A model generated the notes under the pieces. It was not told where the DNA came from. It worked only from the letters and a program-made list of their open reading frames with translations, and did no database searches. The position numbers and the translations under genes are program-made. DNA of 64,000 nt from Escherichia coli. GTDB taxonomy: Bacteria; Pseudomonadota; Gammaproteobacteria; Enterobacterales; Enterobacteriaceae. Below are positions 51,225 to 60,156 of this stretch, piece after piece. The DNA lies in NCBI RefSeq assembly GCF_051903065.1, contig NZ_CP178439.1, one strand, 5' to 3'. The stretch's first letter is position 1; every line of letters starts with the position of its first letter.

Positions 51225-52439
51225 ATGACCACCACACGCCCCGCGTGGGCCTATACGCTGCCGGCAGCACTGCTGCTGATGGCTCCTTTCGACATCCTCG
51301 CTTCACTGGCGATGGATATTTATCTCCCTGTCGTTCCAGCGATGCCCGGCATCCTGAACACGACGCCCGCTATGATCCAACTCACGTTGAGCCTCTATAT
51401 GGTGATGCTCGGCGTGGGCCAGGTGATTTTTGGTCCGCTCTCAGACAGAATCGGGCGACGGCCAATTCTACTTGCGGGCGCAACGGCTTTCGTCATTGCG
51501 TCTCTGGGAGCAGCTTGGTCTTCAACTGCACCGGCCTTTGTCGCTTTCCGTCTACTTCAAGCAGTGGGCGCGTCGGCCATGCTGGTGGCGACGTTCGCGA
51601 CGGTTCGCGACGTTTATGCCAACCGTCCTGAGGGTGTCGTCATCTACGGCCTTTTCAGTTCGATGCTGGCGTTCGTGCCTGCGCTCGGCCCTATCGCCGG
51701 AACATTGATCGGCGAGTTCTTGGGATGGCAGGCGATATTCATTACTTTGGCTATACTGGCGATGCTCGCACTCCTAAATGCGGGTTTCAGGTGGCACGAA
51801 ACCCGCCCTCTGGATCAAGTCAAGACGCGCCGATCTGTCTTGCCGATCTTCGCGAGTCCGGCTTTTTGGGTTTACACTGTCGGCTTTAGCGCCGGTATGG
51901 GCACCTACTTCGTCTTCTTCTCGACGGCTCCCCGTGTGCTCATAGGCCAAGCGGAATATTCCGAGATCGGATTCAGCTTTGCCTTCGCCACTGTCGCGCT
52001 TGTAATGATCGTGACAACCCGTTTCGCGAAGTCCTTTGTCGCCAGATGGGGCATCGCAGGATGCGTGGCGCGTGGGATGGCGTTGCTTGTTTGCGGAGCG
52101 GTCCTGTTGGGGATCGGCGAACTTTACGGCTCGCCGTCATTCCTCACCTTCATCCTACCGATGTGGGTTGTCGCGGTCGGTATTGTCTTCACGGTGTCCG
52201 TTACCGCGAACGGCGCTTTGGCAGAGTTCGACGACATCGCGGGATCAGCGGTCGCGTTCTACTTCTGCGTTCAAAGCCTGATAGTCAGCATTGTCGGGAC
52301 ATTGGCGGTGGCACTTTTAAACCGTGACACAGCGTGGCCCGTGATCTGTTACGCCACGGCGATGGCGGTACTGGTTTCGTTGGGGCTGGTGCTCCTTCGG
52401 CTCCGTGGGGCTGCCACCGAGAAGTCGCCAGTCGTCTAA
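51225..52439 (+). CDS. floR: Florfenicol/chloramphenicol efflux MFS transporter FloR
   Basis: 404-aa protein MTTTRPAWAYTLPAALLLMAPFDILASLAMDIYLPVVPAMPGILNTTPAMIQ... Confidence 0.9.
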   Translation: MTTTRPAWAYTLPAALLLMAPFDILASLAMDIYLPVVPAMPGILNTTPAMIQLTLSLYMVMLGVGQVIFGPLSDRIGRRPILLAGATAFVIASLGAAWSSTAPAFVAFRLLQAVGASAMLVATFATVRDVYANRPEGVVIYGLFSSMLAFVPALGPIAGTLIGEFLGWQAIFITLAILAMLALLNAGFRWHETRPLDQVKTRRSVLPIFASPAFWVYTVGFSAGMGTYFVFFSTAPRVLIGQAEYSEIGFSFAFATVALVMIVTTRFAKSFVARWGIAGCVARGMALLVCGAVLLGIGELYGSPSFLTFILPMWVVAVGIVFTVSVTANGALAEFDDIAGSAVAFYFCVQSLIVSIVGTLAVALLNRDTAWPVICYATAMAVLVSLGLVLLRLRGAATEKSPVV

Positions 52440-52466
52440 CCGACGACTGGTAGCAGGCCCGCTCCG

Positions 52467-52772
52467 ATGCGGCGCACTAACCATCGAAACCTCGTGAATG
52501 TCGGTATCCTGTCTGGCAGGATACCGCTCATTTCCCTTGTTCAGTTCATCGCCGTCGCCGAGCATCTGAATTTTCGGCATGCGGCCAAGGCACTTGGTAT
52601 CAGCCAGTCGAGCGTCAGCGCGCGTGTGAAAGCGCTGGAGGATAACCTTGGTGTCCTGCTATTTGAGCGCCATGCGCGGGGCGTTCGGCTAACAGACGCA
52701 GGCAGGCACTTCATGGAGCGTGTCACGGCGGGTGTCGATCAACTCGATCACGCAGTGAAGACCGCGGAGTGA
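52467..52772 (+). pseudogene. LysR-family regulator, N-terminal HTH fragment, truncated by partial ISCR2
   Basis: FIAVAEHLNFRHAAKALGISQSSVSARVKALE HTH; ends where ISCR2 homology begins. Confidence 0.6.
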
Positions 52773-53072
52773 CGGGCACTGGCTGGCAATGTCTAGCAAC
52801 GGCAGGCATTTCGGCTGAGGGTAAAAGAACTTTCCGCTAAGCGATAGACTGTATGTAAACACAGTATTGCAAGGACGCGGAACATGCCTCATGTGGCGGC
52901 CAGGACGGCCAGCCGGGATCGGGATACTGGTCGTTACCAGAGCCACCGACCCGAGCAAACCCTTCTCTATCAGATCGTTGACGAGTATTACCCGGCATTC
53001 GCTGCGCTTATGGCAGAGCAGGGAAAGGAATTGCCGGGCTATGTGCAACGGGAATTTGAAGAATTTCTCCAA
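52767..53072 (+). mobile_element. Partial ISCR2 (5' ~300 bp only)
   Basis: Matches 48483..48790; diverges after GAATTTCTCCAA. Confidence 0.8.
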
Positions 53073-53317
53073 AGCCCGCGACGCAGCGCCGGCAGGCAGA
53101 GCAAGTAGAGGGCAGCGCCTGCAATCCATGCCCACCCGTTCCACGTTGTTATAGAAGCCGCATAGATCGCCGTGAAGAGGAGGGGTCCGACGATCGAGGT
53201 CAGGCTGGTGAGCGCCGCCAGTGAGCCTTGCAGCTGCCCCTGACGTTCCTCATCCACCTGCCTGGACAACATTGCTTGCAGCGCCGGCATTCCGATGCCA
53301 CCCGAAGCAAGCAGGAC
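53073..53317 (-). pseudogene. tet(A): tet(A) internal 3' fragment fused to partial ISCR2 and cut by IS26
   Basis: Reverse complement matches tetA positions ~23047..23294 of this window. Confidence 0.8.
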
Positions 53318-54137
53318 GGCACTGTTGCAAATAGTCGGTGGTGATAAACTTATCATCCCCTTTTGCTGATGGAGCTGCACATGAACCCATTCAAAGGCCG
53401 GCATTTTCAGCGTGACATCATTCTGTGGGCCGTACGCTGGTACTGCAAATACGGCATCAGTTACCGTGAGCTGCAGGAGATGCTGGCTGAACGCGGAGTG
53501 AATGTCGATCACTCCACGATTTACCGCTGGGTTCAGCGTTATGCGCCTGAAATGGAAAAACGGCTGCGCTGGTACTGGCGTAACCCTTCCGATCTTTGCC
53601 CGTGGCACATGGATGAAACCTACGTGAAGGTCAATGGCCGCTGGGCGTATCTGTACCGGGCCGTCGACAGCCGGGGCCGCACTGTCGATTTTTATCTCTC
53701 CTCCCGTCGTAACAGCAAAGCTGCATACCGGTTTCTGGGTAAAATCCTCAACAACGTGAAGAAGTGGCAGATCCCGCGATTCATCAACACGGATAAAGCG
53801 CCCGCCTATGGTCGCGCGCTTGCTCTGCTCAAACGCGAAGGCCGGTGCCCGTCTGACGTTGAACACCGACAGATTAAGTACCGGAACAACGTGATTGAAT
53901 GCGATCATGGCAAACTGAAACGGATAATCAACGCCACGCTGGGATTTAAATCCATGAAGACGGCTTACGCCACCATCAAAGGTATTGAGGTGATGCGTGC
54001 ACTACGCAAAGGCCAGGCCTCAGCATTTTATTATGGTGATCCCCTGGGCGAAATGCGCCTGGTAAGCAGAGTTTTTGAAATGTAAGGCCTTTGAATAAGA
54101 CAAAAGGCTGCCTCATCGCTAACTTTGCAACAGTGCC
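53318..54137 (+). mobile_element. tnpA: IS26 copy 9, transposase CDS 53381..54085, Asn at residue 184
   Basis: Both IRs present; flanks do not match. Confidence 0.95.
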
Positions 54138-54843
54138 TGATGAAGCCGGGTGTGCCGGTGATCCCAAGCGCTTCGCCCAGCTGCATGTTGCCGGAGATCA
54201 CGTTTTCATATCGGTTTTTTTCCCTGTCAGAAAACGTGCTGTTAAACCCTGACTTATCCACCACAGTATTAAAGTCGCTGAGTTCGAATTTGCGTTGAGA
54301 GGTCATGAAGGTATGAGCCACAGCCATCAGGTTGTTGTGGTATTTACGATAGGCTTCAGCACCGAAATTCTGATAGACGTGCAGACCCGTAGCGGCCCCC
54401 ATGGCAGATACAGGTTTTGAACCGGCAAAAATCGGGAATTCTTTAAAGAAGAATTTTACATCTTTGCTCTGATTCATTACCGATTCAACAACAGGTGTAA
54501 CCCGCATGCAGTAAATACACTGATAGTCGAAGAACTCGATTACCGCGACGTCGGCGTCATCCGGGCCGATGTTTGGCGTCTCCTTGGTATCCAGCAGAGC
54601 TGGCGCATATGGAATTATTCGTTCCACTGAGGCACTTACGTTCTGATTTTCCAGCGCCTTACCTGCTTCCACTAAATAATGGGGATTTTTTACCAGGTAA
54701 GTAGCGGCAATTTTGCCAATTTCTTCCTCACTGAGCACCTTCGGTTTAAAATAAGTTGCCGCGATTAACGCCGAGGCAGCGGTAGCAATTACCGCAGAAA
54801 TTAAAATCGTGGCCATCGGTTTTAAATAAAATTCTTTAGACAT
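54138..54843 (-). pseudogene. Thioredoxin-fold DsbA/DsbC-like protein, 3'-truncated by IS26
   Basis: CIYC active-site motif, N-terminal TM/signal; reading frame runs into IS26. Confidence 0.55.
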
Positions 54844-54949
54844 AGCTACCTTTATGCTTTTCAGCCTGTTAGTTATTAACCTGCGATGGATTATACTGGC
54901 CCGGTAAATCGGAATTATTCGTGAAACAATGCTTTTTGGAGATTAAAGG

Positions 54950-55561
54950 ATGATTAGGCAGGGCTTTATACTCACAACCGCAATGCTTTTGAGTGGTTGT
55001 GGATATCATTTCGCAAACCAGGTAGATGCGTACGATCTAATGCCTCGTCCTGTTACAAATAAAAGGTTTCAGATAGTCCCTCCGGACGAAAGTATTCAGT
55101 CCAGAATGTTTTCAGGCCGTTTTGCTGATGGATTAGCAAAAAAAGGAGTCATTATTTCCACTCACCAGCCAGATTATGTGCTCAGGTTCCGAATGAGCAG
55201 CTCACAGGAGAACATGCAGTATAGCGAGCAGCTTCTTACTGGGGTGACAGGCTACGTTGTAGATAAAAAGACAACGAGAACTGACAAGCATGGCGAATCG
55301 CATACTGACTATGACTACAGGCCGGTCGATGGGGTAATAGGCACTGAGACGATGTCGCAGATGCACTATATGCGACAGCTGGATGTCGAGGTATACCCGT
55401 CAGCGAAAGGAGCAAAGCAGGTTCTGAAAGTGAGTATGCAAAGCAATGCACCTGTGCCGTCAGACAGCATTGCTTATTCAGCAATGATCGACGCCTTTAC
55501 TGATAAATTTGATGCGCCGCTGCGTTCCGGAAATTATGTTGCAGTGATCCCCTGGAACTGA
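54950..55561 (+). CDS. Lipoprotein (203 aa)
   Basis: Lipobox LLSGC at the signal-peptide end. Confidence 0.5.
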   Translation: MIRQGFILTTAMLLSGCGYHFANQVDAYDLMPRPVTNKRFQIVPPDESIQSRMFSGRFADGLAKKGVIISTHQPDYVLRFRMSSSQENMQYSEQLLTGVTGYVVDKKTTRTDKHGESHTDYDYRPVDGVIGTETMSQMHYMRQLDVEVYPSAKGAKQVLKVSMQSNAPVPSDSIAYSAMIDAFTDKFDAPLRSGNYVAVIPWN

Positions 55562-55620
55562 AAGCAGACGGCGGGAAGAGAATGTTCAAAAGTGACTTTT
55601 GGACACGCACATAAACGTGG

Positions 55621-56043
55621 CTATCGCCCTCCCCCATTAAAATCATAAAGTCGGTAAAGATCGCCCATCGTGATGGAATTGGGCTTATTAATGATTAGAT
55701 ACTGTAACTGTTCTTTATGTTGAGTACTGGCGGCTGCATTCATAAGCACTTCCAGGTAGAACTTGTAGCCTATGCTTCGCTCTGAATACATATACTGGAA
55801 CTGCATCAGTAAAATGCCTGACATAACATACAACAGCAGCAGACTGAGTAACACAGTGCTATCAGGCTGTTCCAGTGCCATACTGACATACCCTGAACCC
55901 AGAATGCACAGAAGCCAACCCGTCATTAGAGCAGGCACCCTACGACTCAGACGTTCATAACAACGTTTTATTACGGGATCCCGGAGATACTTTTTGTCAG
56001 GTATCCCCGTTGCCCTGATGACGAAGTTACTGAGTATCGACAT
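55621..56043 (-). CDS. Membrane protein (140 aa)
   Basis: ORF with two TM helices. Confidence 0.45.
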   Translation of the reverse strand: MSILSNFVIRATGIPDKKYLRDPVIKRCYERLSRRVPALMTGWLLCILGSGYVSMALEQPDSTVLLSLLLLYVMSGILLMQFQYMYSERSIGYKFYLEVLMNAAASTQHKEQLQYLIINKPNSITMGDLYRLYDFNGGGR

Positions 56044-56076
56044 CTTTTTTCCTTCTGGACGCTCTCAGTCAATAAA

Positions 56077-56469
56077 TCAGGCCAGGCGCTCATTGAAAGC
56101 TACCACGAGCTGCGAATCGGGATTTTTTACCAGTTCGGGCCGGATAACTTTTAGTTGCCTCGTTGGGGCGAGCTCATCTGTAGGCCTGATGGTGGTATTA
56201 CCCGGCCCCTTGCGGGTACTGTCGGTGTTTACCTTGAGCTTTTTATTTCCCAGGTAGCTTTCCATCTTTTTAGAGATGGTGTCACCTGTGGTCGCAACAC
56301 CAGAGAGTTCCTTTAGTTGTTCACCTTGATCCATTTGTACCGATGACATCAGAAATACGATTCCTGGATCGTTTTCCGTTCCACAGGCTCCGTACTGACA
56401 TTGTGCAGCGAAAACGGGCTGTACACCTACAGCAACCAGCATTAACGTACTCAGTAAAGTAGATTTCAT
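56077..56469 (-). CDS. Secreted protein (about 130 aa)
   Basis: Signal peptide MKSTLLSTLMLVAVGVQPVFAAQ. Confidence 0.4.
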   Translation of the reverse strand: MKSTLLSTLMLVAVGVQPVFAAQCQYGACGTENDPGIVFLMSSVQMDQGEQLKELSGVATTGDTISKKMESYLGNKKLKVNTDSTRKGPGNTTIRPTDELAPTRQLKVIRPELVKNPDSQLVVAFNERLA

Positions 56470-56493
56470 ACACACCTCTTACAGTCGGAAAAG

Positions 56494-57243
56494 TTACTTT
56501 TGCGCAGCGCCCATTTGGGTCACCAGGTTTTCCGGGCTCAGCCACCCCGTAAATAACTGCGGTTTGCCGCTTAGTGTCACCATGGTAGGAGTACCTTGCA
56601 GCGGGATTGTTGAGGCCACCTGGAAATGCGATTTGATAATGTTTAAGCAAGCCTCATCAGGACGTCCTTCCGGGATAGTTGAAACCGGATTCATCGCTGC
56701 ATCCAGAGCTTCGTTTGGCTTTGCTGAACACCAGATTTTGGCCATGTTCCCGGCTACTACCGAGTTCAGTCCTGCACGTGGGAATGCAAGAAACTTAATC
56801 GAAATACCGGCATCAAGATAAGACTTCAGATCATGATGCAGTTTTTGGCAGTATCCACAGGTTATATCGGTAAAGATAGCAAGCCGGTATTTTTCGTTTG
56901 GTGATTTGTAGTCGATGGATTTTGTTTTGGATGCGAATTCCCGGACGCCCATTAAAATGGCCTGCTCAGTGGTGTTTACCACATCTTTACCTTTCACGTG
57001 GAATAAGCTTCCGGTAAAAATGTAATCTCCGTCTTTGCTCACGTAACTTACCCCCTCCCTGGAAATCACCGTAAAAATATCTTTTACTGGCGAGGGTTCG
57101 ACGTGCTCGATTGAAAGCCCAATGGCTTTGAGCTTATCCCGGGCTGCATCTGGCAGTACCATTGTATTAACCGGCTCGGCATTCATCGTGAAGGCGGTAC
57201 TTAATGAAAGAAGTAATACCGATGCCTTAATAATTTTTTTCAT
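56494..57243 (-). CDS. dsbC: Thiol:disulfide interchange protein DsbC-like (conjugation-associated)
   Basis: Signal peptide, CGYC active site, DsbC-like length (249 aa). Confidence 0.7.
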   Translation of the reverse strand: MKKIIKASVLLLSLSTAFTMNAEPVNTMVLPDAARDKLKAIGLSIEHVEPSPVKDIFTVISREGVSYVSKDGDYIFTGSLFHVKGKDVVNTTEQAILMGVREFASKTKSIDYKSPNEKYRLAIFTDITCGYCQKLHHDLKSYLDAGISIKFLAFPRAGLNSVVAGNMAKIWCSAKPNEALDAAMNPVSTIPEGRPDEACLNIIKSHFQVASTIPLQGTPTMVTLSGKPQLFTGWLSPENLVTQMGAAQK

Positions 57244-57390
57244 TTATGCTCCTTGAATCGAGCACTAATATTATCACGCCCAAAAATTCCAGAATTTTGC
57301 TTAAACGCTTAAATCAACGGGTAAAGCCGAAAGAAAGTCGATAGATATATGGGAGAATAGATAAAACGTAGATTCAGTGGAGAAATCGTT

Positions 57391-57930
57391 GTGTTTACAC
57401 CACCAGCAGATGATGTGAAACCTATTCCCGTTCCTGATGAGATTTACACTCAGTGCATTACGGATGCCGCCCGCTTCTTCGGAATTGATGCCGAACTGGT
57501 TTTTACGTTGTTTGACAATGAAGGCGGTAAGGTTGGTACTTTCAGCAGGAATACTAACGGCACTTATGATATTGGCCCGATGCAGATCAACTCATCCAAT
57601 CTGCCTGAAATAAAAAAGCATTTCCCGACTGTAACGTGGCGGGTTCTGGCTTACGATGCTTGCGCTAGTTTCTGGGTTGGAACATGGTGGCTCTACAGAA
57701 AAATTGTTGATCGCAAGGGCAATGTGTTTGAAGGGATTGCAGATTACAACAGCAAAACCCCAAAGGTACGTGCAAAGTACATATTTAACTTCATGGTAAA
57801 GTACAATCGCCGGATCCAGCAGCGTAACGGGATGGGTGAGCTTTATCAATGGACCCAACAACCTCCTCGATACAATGGCCATATAGCTAAAAATGTCCCG
57901 GAGCAAAACCCGACTCCTGTTGTTAAATAA
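57391..57930 (+). CDS. Lytic transglycosylase (SLT domain) associated with transfer apparatus
   Basis: YDIGPMQIN SLT motif in a 179-aa protein. Confidence 0.65.
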   Translation: MFTPPADDVKPIPVPDEIYTQCITDAARFFGIDAELVFTLFDNEGGKVGTFSRNTNGTYDIGPMQINSSNLPEIKKHFPTVTWRVLAYDACASFWVGTWWLYRKIVDRKGNVFEGIADYNSKTPKVRAKYIFNFMVKYNRRIQQRNGMGELYQWTQQPPRYNGHIAKNVPEQNPTPVVK

Positions 57931-58012
57931 ATTCAACCTGATATTACAGAAGATCATCGAGTAGCTTGGGTACCCCCCCGCAAAAAATTCGCATAGACTC
58001 AGGGGTAATAAA

Positions 58013-58579
58013 TTGTCTTTTTCTGCAAGAAATATATTTAAGATTCTCTCTTCTTTCTTGATGCAGAAAAGCCCTCTTCATGAAGAAGTATGTGTTCCTG
58101 AAGAAACAACAGCTGGTTTATGGGGCCCTCTCCCTGATTCGCATGTCGTGCTTTTCTTAGATTTCGATGGGGTTTGTCACAGGTGCAAAAATGAAACCTT
58201 TGAGCGAATGCCATTGGTGGAAAAATTACTGGATAAATGCCCTTCCATGGTGATTGTCATCTCCAGTTCGTGGCGTGAATGTGCCAGTATAACTTACCTG
58301 AAATCTCTTTTCCGGCTACCTTATAGAGACAAAGTCATAGGTGCTACCGATTCGGTATATTTAAAACCTAATCAGTCAGGTGTGCGGGCTGCTGAGTGTG
58401 AGGACTTTGTATTTTCACATCGAGTTAAAGCATTTATCTGCCTTGATGACGACGAATCATTATTCCCGGTCGGTTATCCACATTTGCAAAAAACCAATTA
58501 TTACACCGGCCTCACCGAATCTGATCTTGCAGCTCTTAACACCAGGTATCATCTGCTTATGAAACGTTGGGCTTCCTGA
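58013..58579 (+). CDS. HAD-superfamily-like hydrolase (188 aa)
   Basis: FLDFDGV motif I-like sequence; assignment tentative. Confidence 0.4.
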   Translation: MSFSARNIFKILSSFLMQKSPLHEEVCVPEETTAGLWGPLPDSHVVLFLDFDGVCHRCKNETFERMPLVEKLLDKCPSMVIVISSSWRECASITYLKSLFRLPYRDKVIGATDSVYLKPNQSGVRAAECEDFVFSHRVKAFICLDDDESLFPVGYPHLQKTNYYTGLTESDLAALNTRYHLLMKRWAS

Positions 58580-58686
58580 ATTAAAGTAACTTTTACGGAG
58601 AGCATGCCCGCATTATCAGTTCTATGCTTCTCCATTTCTGCCCCGGGTCAAAGCATTGCACAGTTGGAAGAAAACATGCCGGTCTC

Positions 58687-59976
58687 TTAAGCTTGCTGCT
58701 CAGTTTGGTTCCGGTGCTGAAAAACCTGCCAACGGTGCTTTAGGAATTCAGTATTGATGGGTTTACGCAGCGGCTTAATAAACTCTCCTTGATATGCCGC
58801 TAAATCATGATCTACCGCCAAAGCTTCAGCGAGAATGTTAACCTCCAACGTCACCGGATGAATGGCAATCATGTTTGCGTCGAAAAGATCGTGTATATCA
58901 TGGCGTAAGAGCAACCCATTTGTATAATGGTCTACTCCTCCGTTACGATGCTCCATCAGATGAGCAGCCTCAGTGCGCTGGCGCAGTCTAGAGCCTGTAA
59001 TCACACATTGGTCATAACAGTTGTTGCGGACGGCTTCTGCAAATGAGGCCTGATCTGGTCGTGTCTCGACAGTTGTCTTACTACCCTTACGCTTACCCGG
59101 TACAGTAGTTTCATCAGGAATATTCGGCTGAAGCTCCTTTTCTTCTATACCATCAGTCTTCATAGCGACCATAATCGCGGCCGGTGGAGATTTAGGCTGA
59201 TCTTCCTGCGATCTTTCGCGGCCACCAACTGGATACCCTAGAAAACCCTCAATGATCTCTAGTGGAGGTAATGTAGCGTTTGAACGTGCATAAATAGCGA
59301 ACTCTGCGGCACGTCCGCCGGGAATATATCTACGTACCAGTATTGGAAGAGAGGCTTCTTCATCTGGTTCCTCTTTTTCCGACAGGATTATTCGTTCGGT
59401 GAGACGGGCTGAATTTTTTTTCATTTCACTCAACAGTCTATTGCGTTCTTTTACCTTTCGGTCATTATCCTCCAACATCTTACGATGACTAACCTTAGCC
59501 AGATGGTCTTCCAGTTCCTGTATATATTCGGGATCGATAGTGTCAATTAGACCGAACGCCATCAACCGCTCCCCCCTTGTTTTACAAGATTCTAGCCGAA
59601 CGCGAATGTACTCCTTACGCTTGGCCATCAAATGTTCTTTTTGTTTTTTTTCTCGAATTACACGGAGCTGAGTATTGTAATTAGAATAAACGGTTTCGCT
59701 ATTCTGCTCTGTCTCTAGAGCAAATTTTTGTAGGTGTTCACGTAGTTTTTTACGGGTATTTTTGGGGGCATGCATTACGGTACGCTCAATGTATGAGCCT
59801 GTGCAGCGTAAAGAAAGTACAGTTTCAGCATGGGAATAACCAGCATTGAGACGATAGCGGGCAATTTTAAGCAAATTATTAAAGTGTGCACCATTACATA
59901 TACCTAGTTCTTCCAAGACACGACGTTCTCTATCATTAATAGATGGATGGTTAATATCTTTTACTTTGTTTGCCAT
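58687..59976 (-). CDS. HNH endonuclease domain protein with charged, probably coiled-coil N-terminal region (429 aa)
   Basis: C-terminal AAHLMEHRNGGVDHYTNGLLLRHDIHDLFD HNH-like motif. Confidence 0.55.
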   Translation of the reverse strand: MANKVKDINHPSINDRERRVLEELGICNGAHFNNLLKIARYRLNAGYSHAETVLSLRCTGSYIERTVMHAPKNTRKKLREHLQKFALETEQNSETVYSNYNTQLRVIREKKQKEHLMAKRKEYIRVRLESCKTRGERLMAFGLIDTIDPEYIQELEDHLAKVSHRKMLEDNDRKVKERNRLLSEMKKNSARLTERIILSEKEEPDEEASLPILVRRYIPGGRAAEFAIYARSNATLPPLEIIEGFLGYPVGGRERSQEDQPKSPPAAIMVAMKTDGIEEKELQPNIPDETTVPGKRKGSKTTVETRPDQASFAEAVRNNCYDQCVITGSRLRQRTEAAHLMEHRNGGVDHYTNGLLLRHDIHDLFDANMIAIHPVTLEVNILAEALAVDHDLAAYQGEFIKPLRKPINTEFLKHRWQVFQHRNQTEQQA

Positions 59977-60065
59977 GTCCTGTGTCTCAGTGCCTATTCA
60001 GCCGGAACATCTACTACATAAAGAACGAGATTGTACAGAAATCAGCTAAGTTTATGAATAAAAAA

Positions 60066-60090
60066 GGCCGCAAATTTATACTTTGCGGCC
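60066..60090 (-). terminator. Rho-independent terminator downstream of the TraG-like gene
   Basis: GGCCGCAAA-TTTATAC-TTTGCGGCC hairpin with a U-run on the minus strand. Confidence 0.5.
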
Positions 60091-60156
60091 TTCACTGTTT
60101 AACACCATATTTTAGTAAATACGTTTAATTTTCATTAGGTTATATTTGAAACTCAC

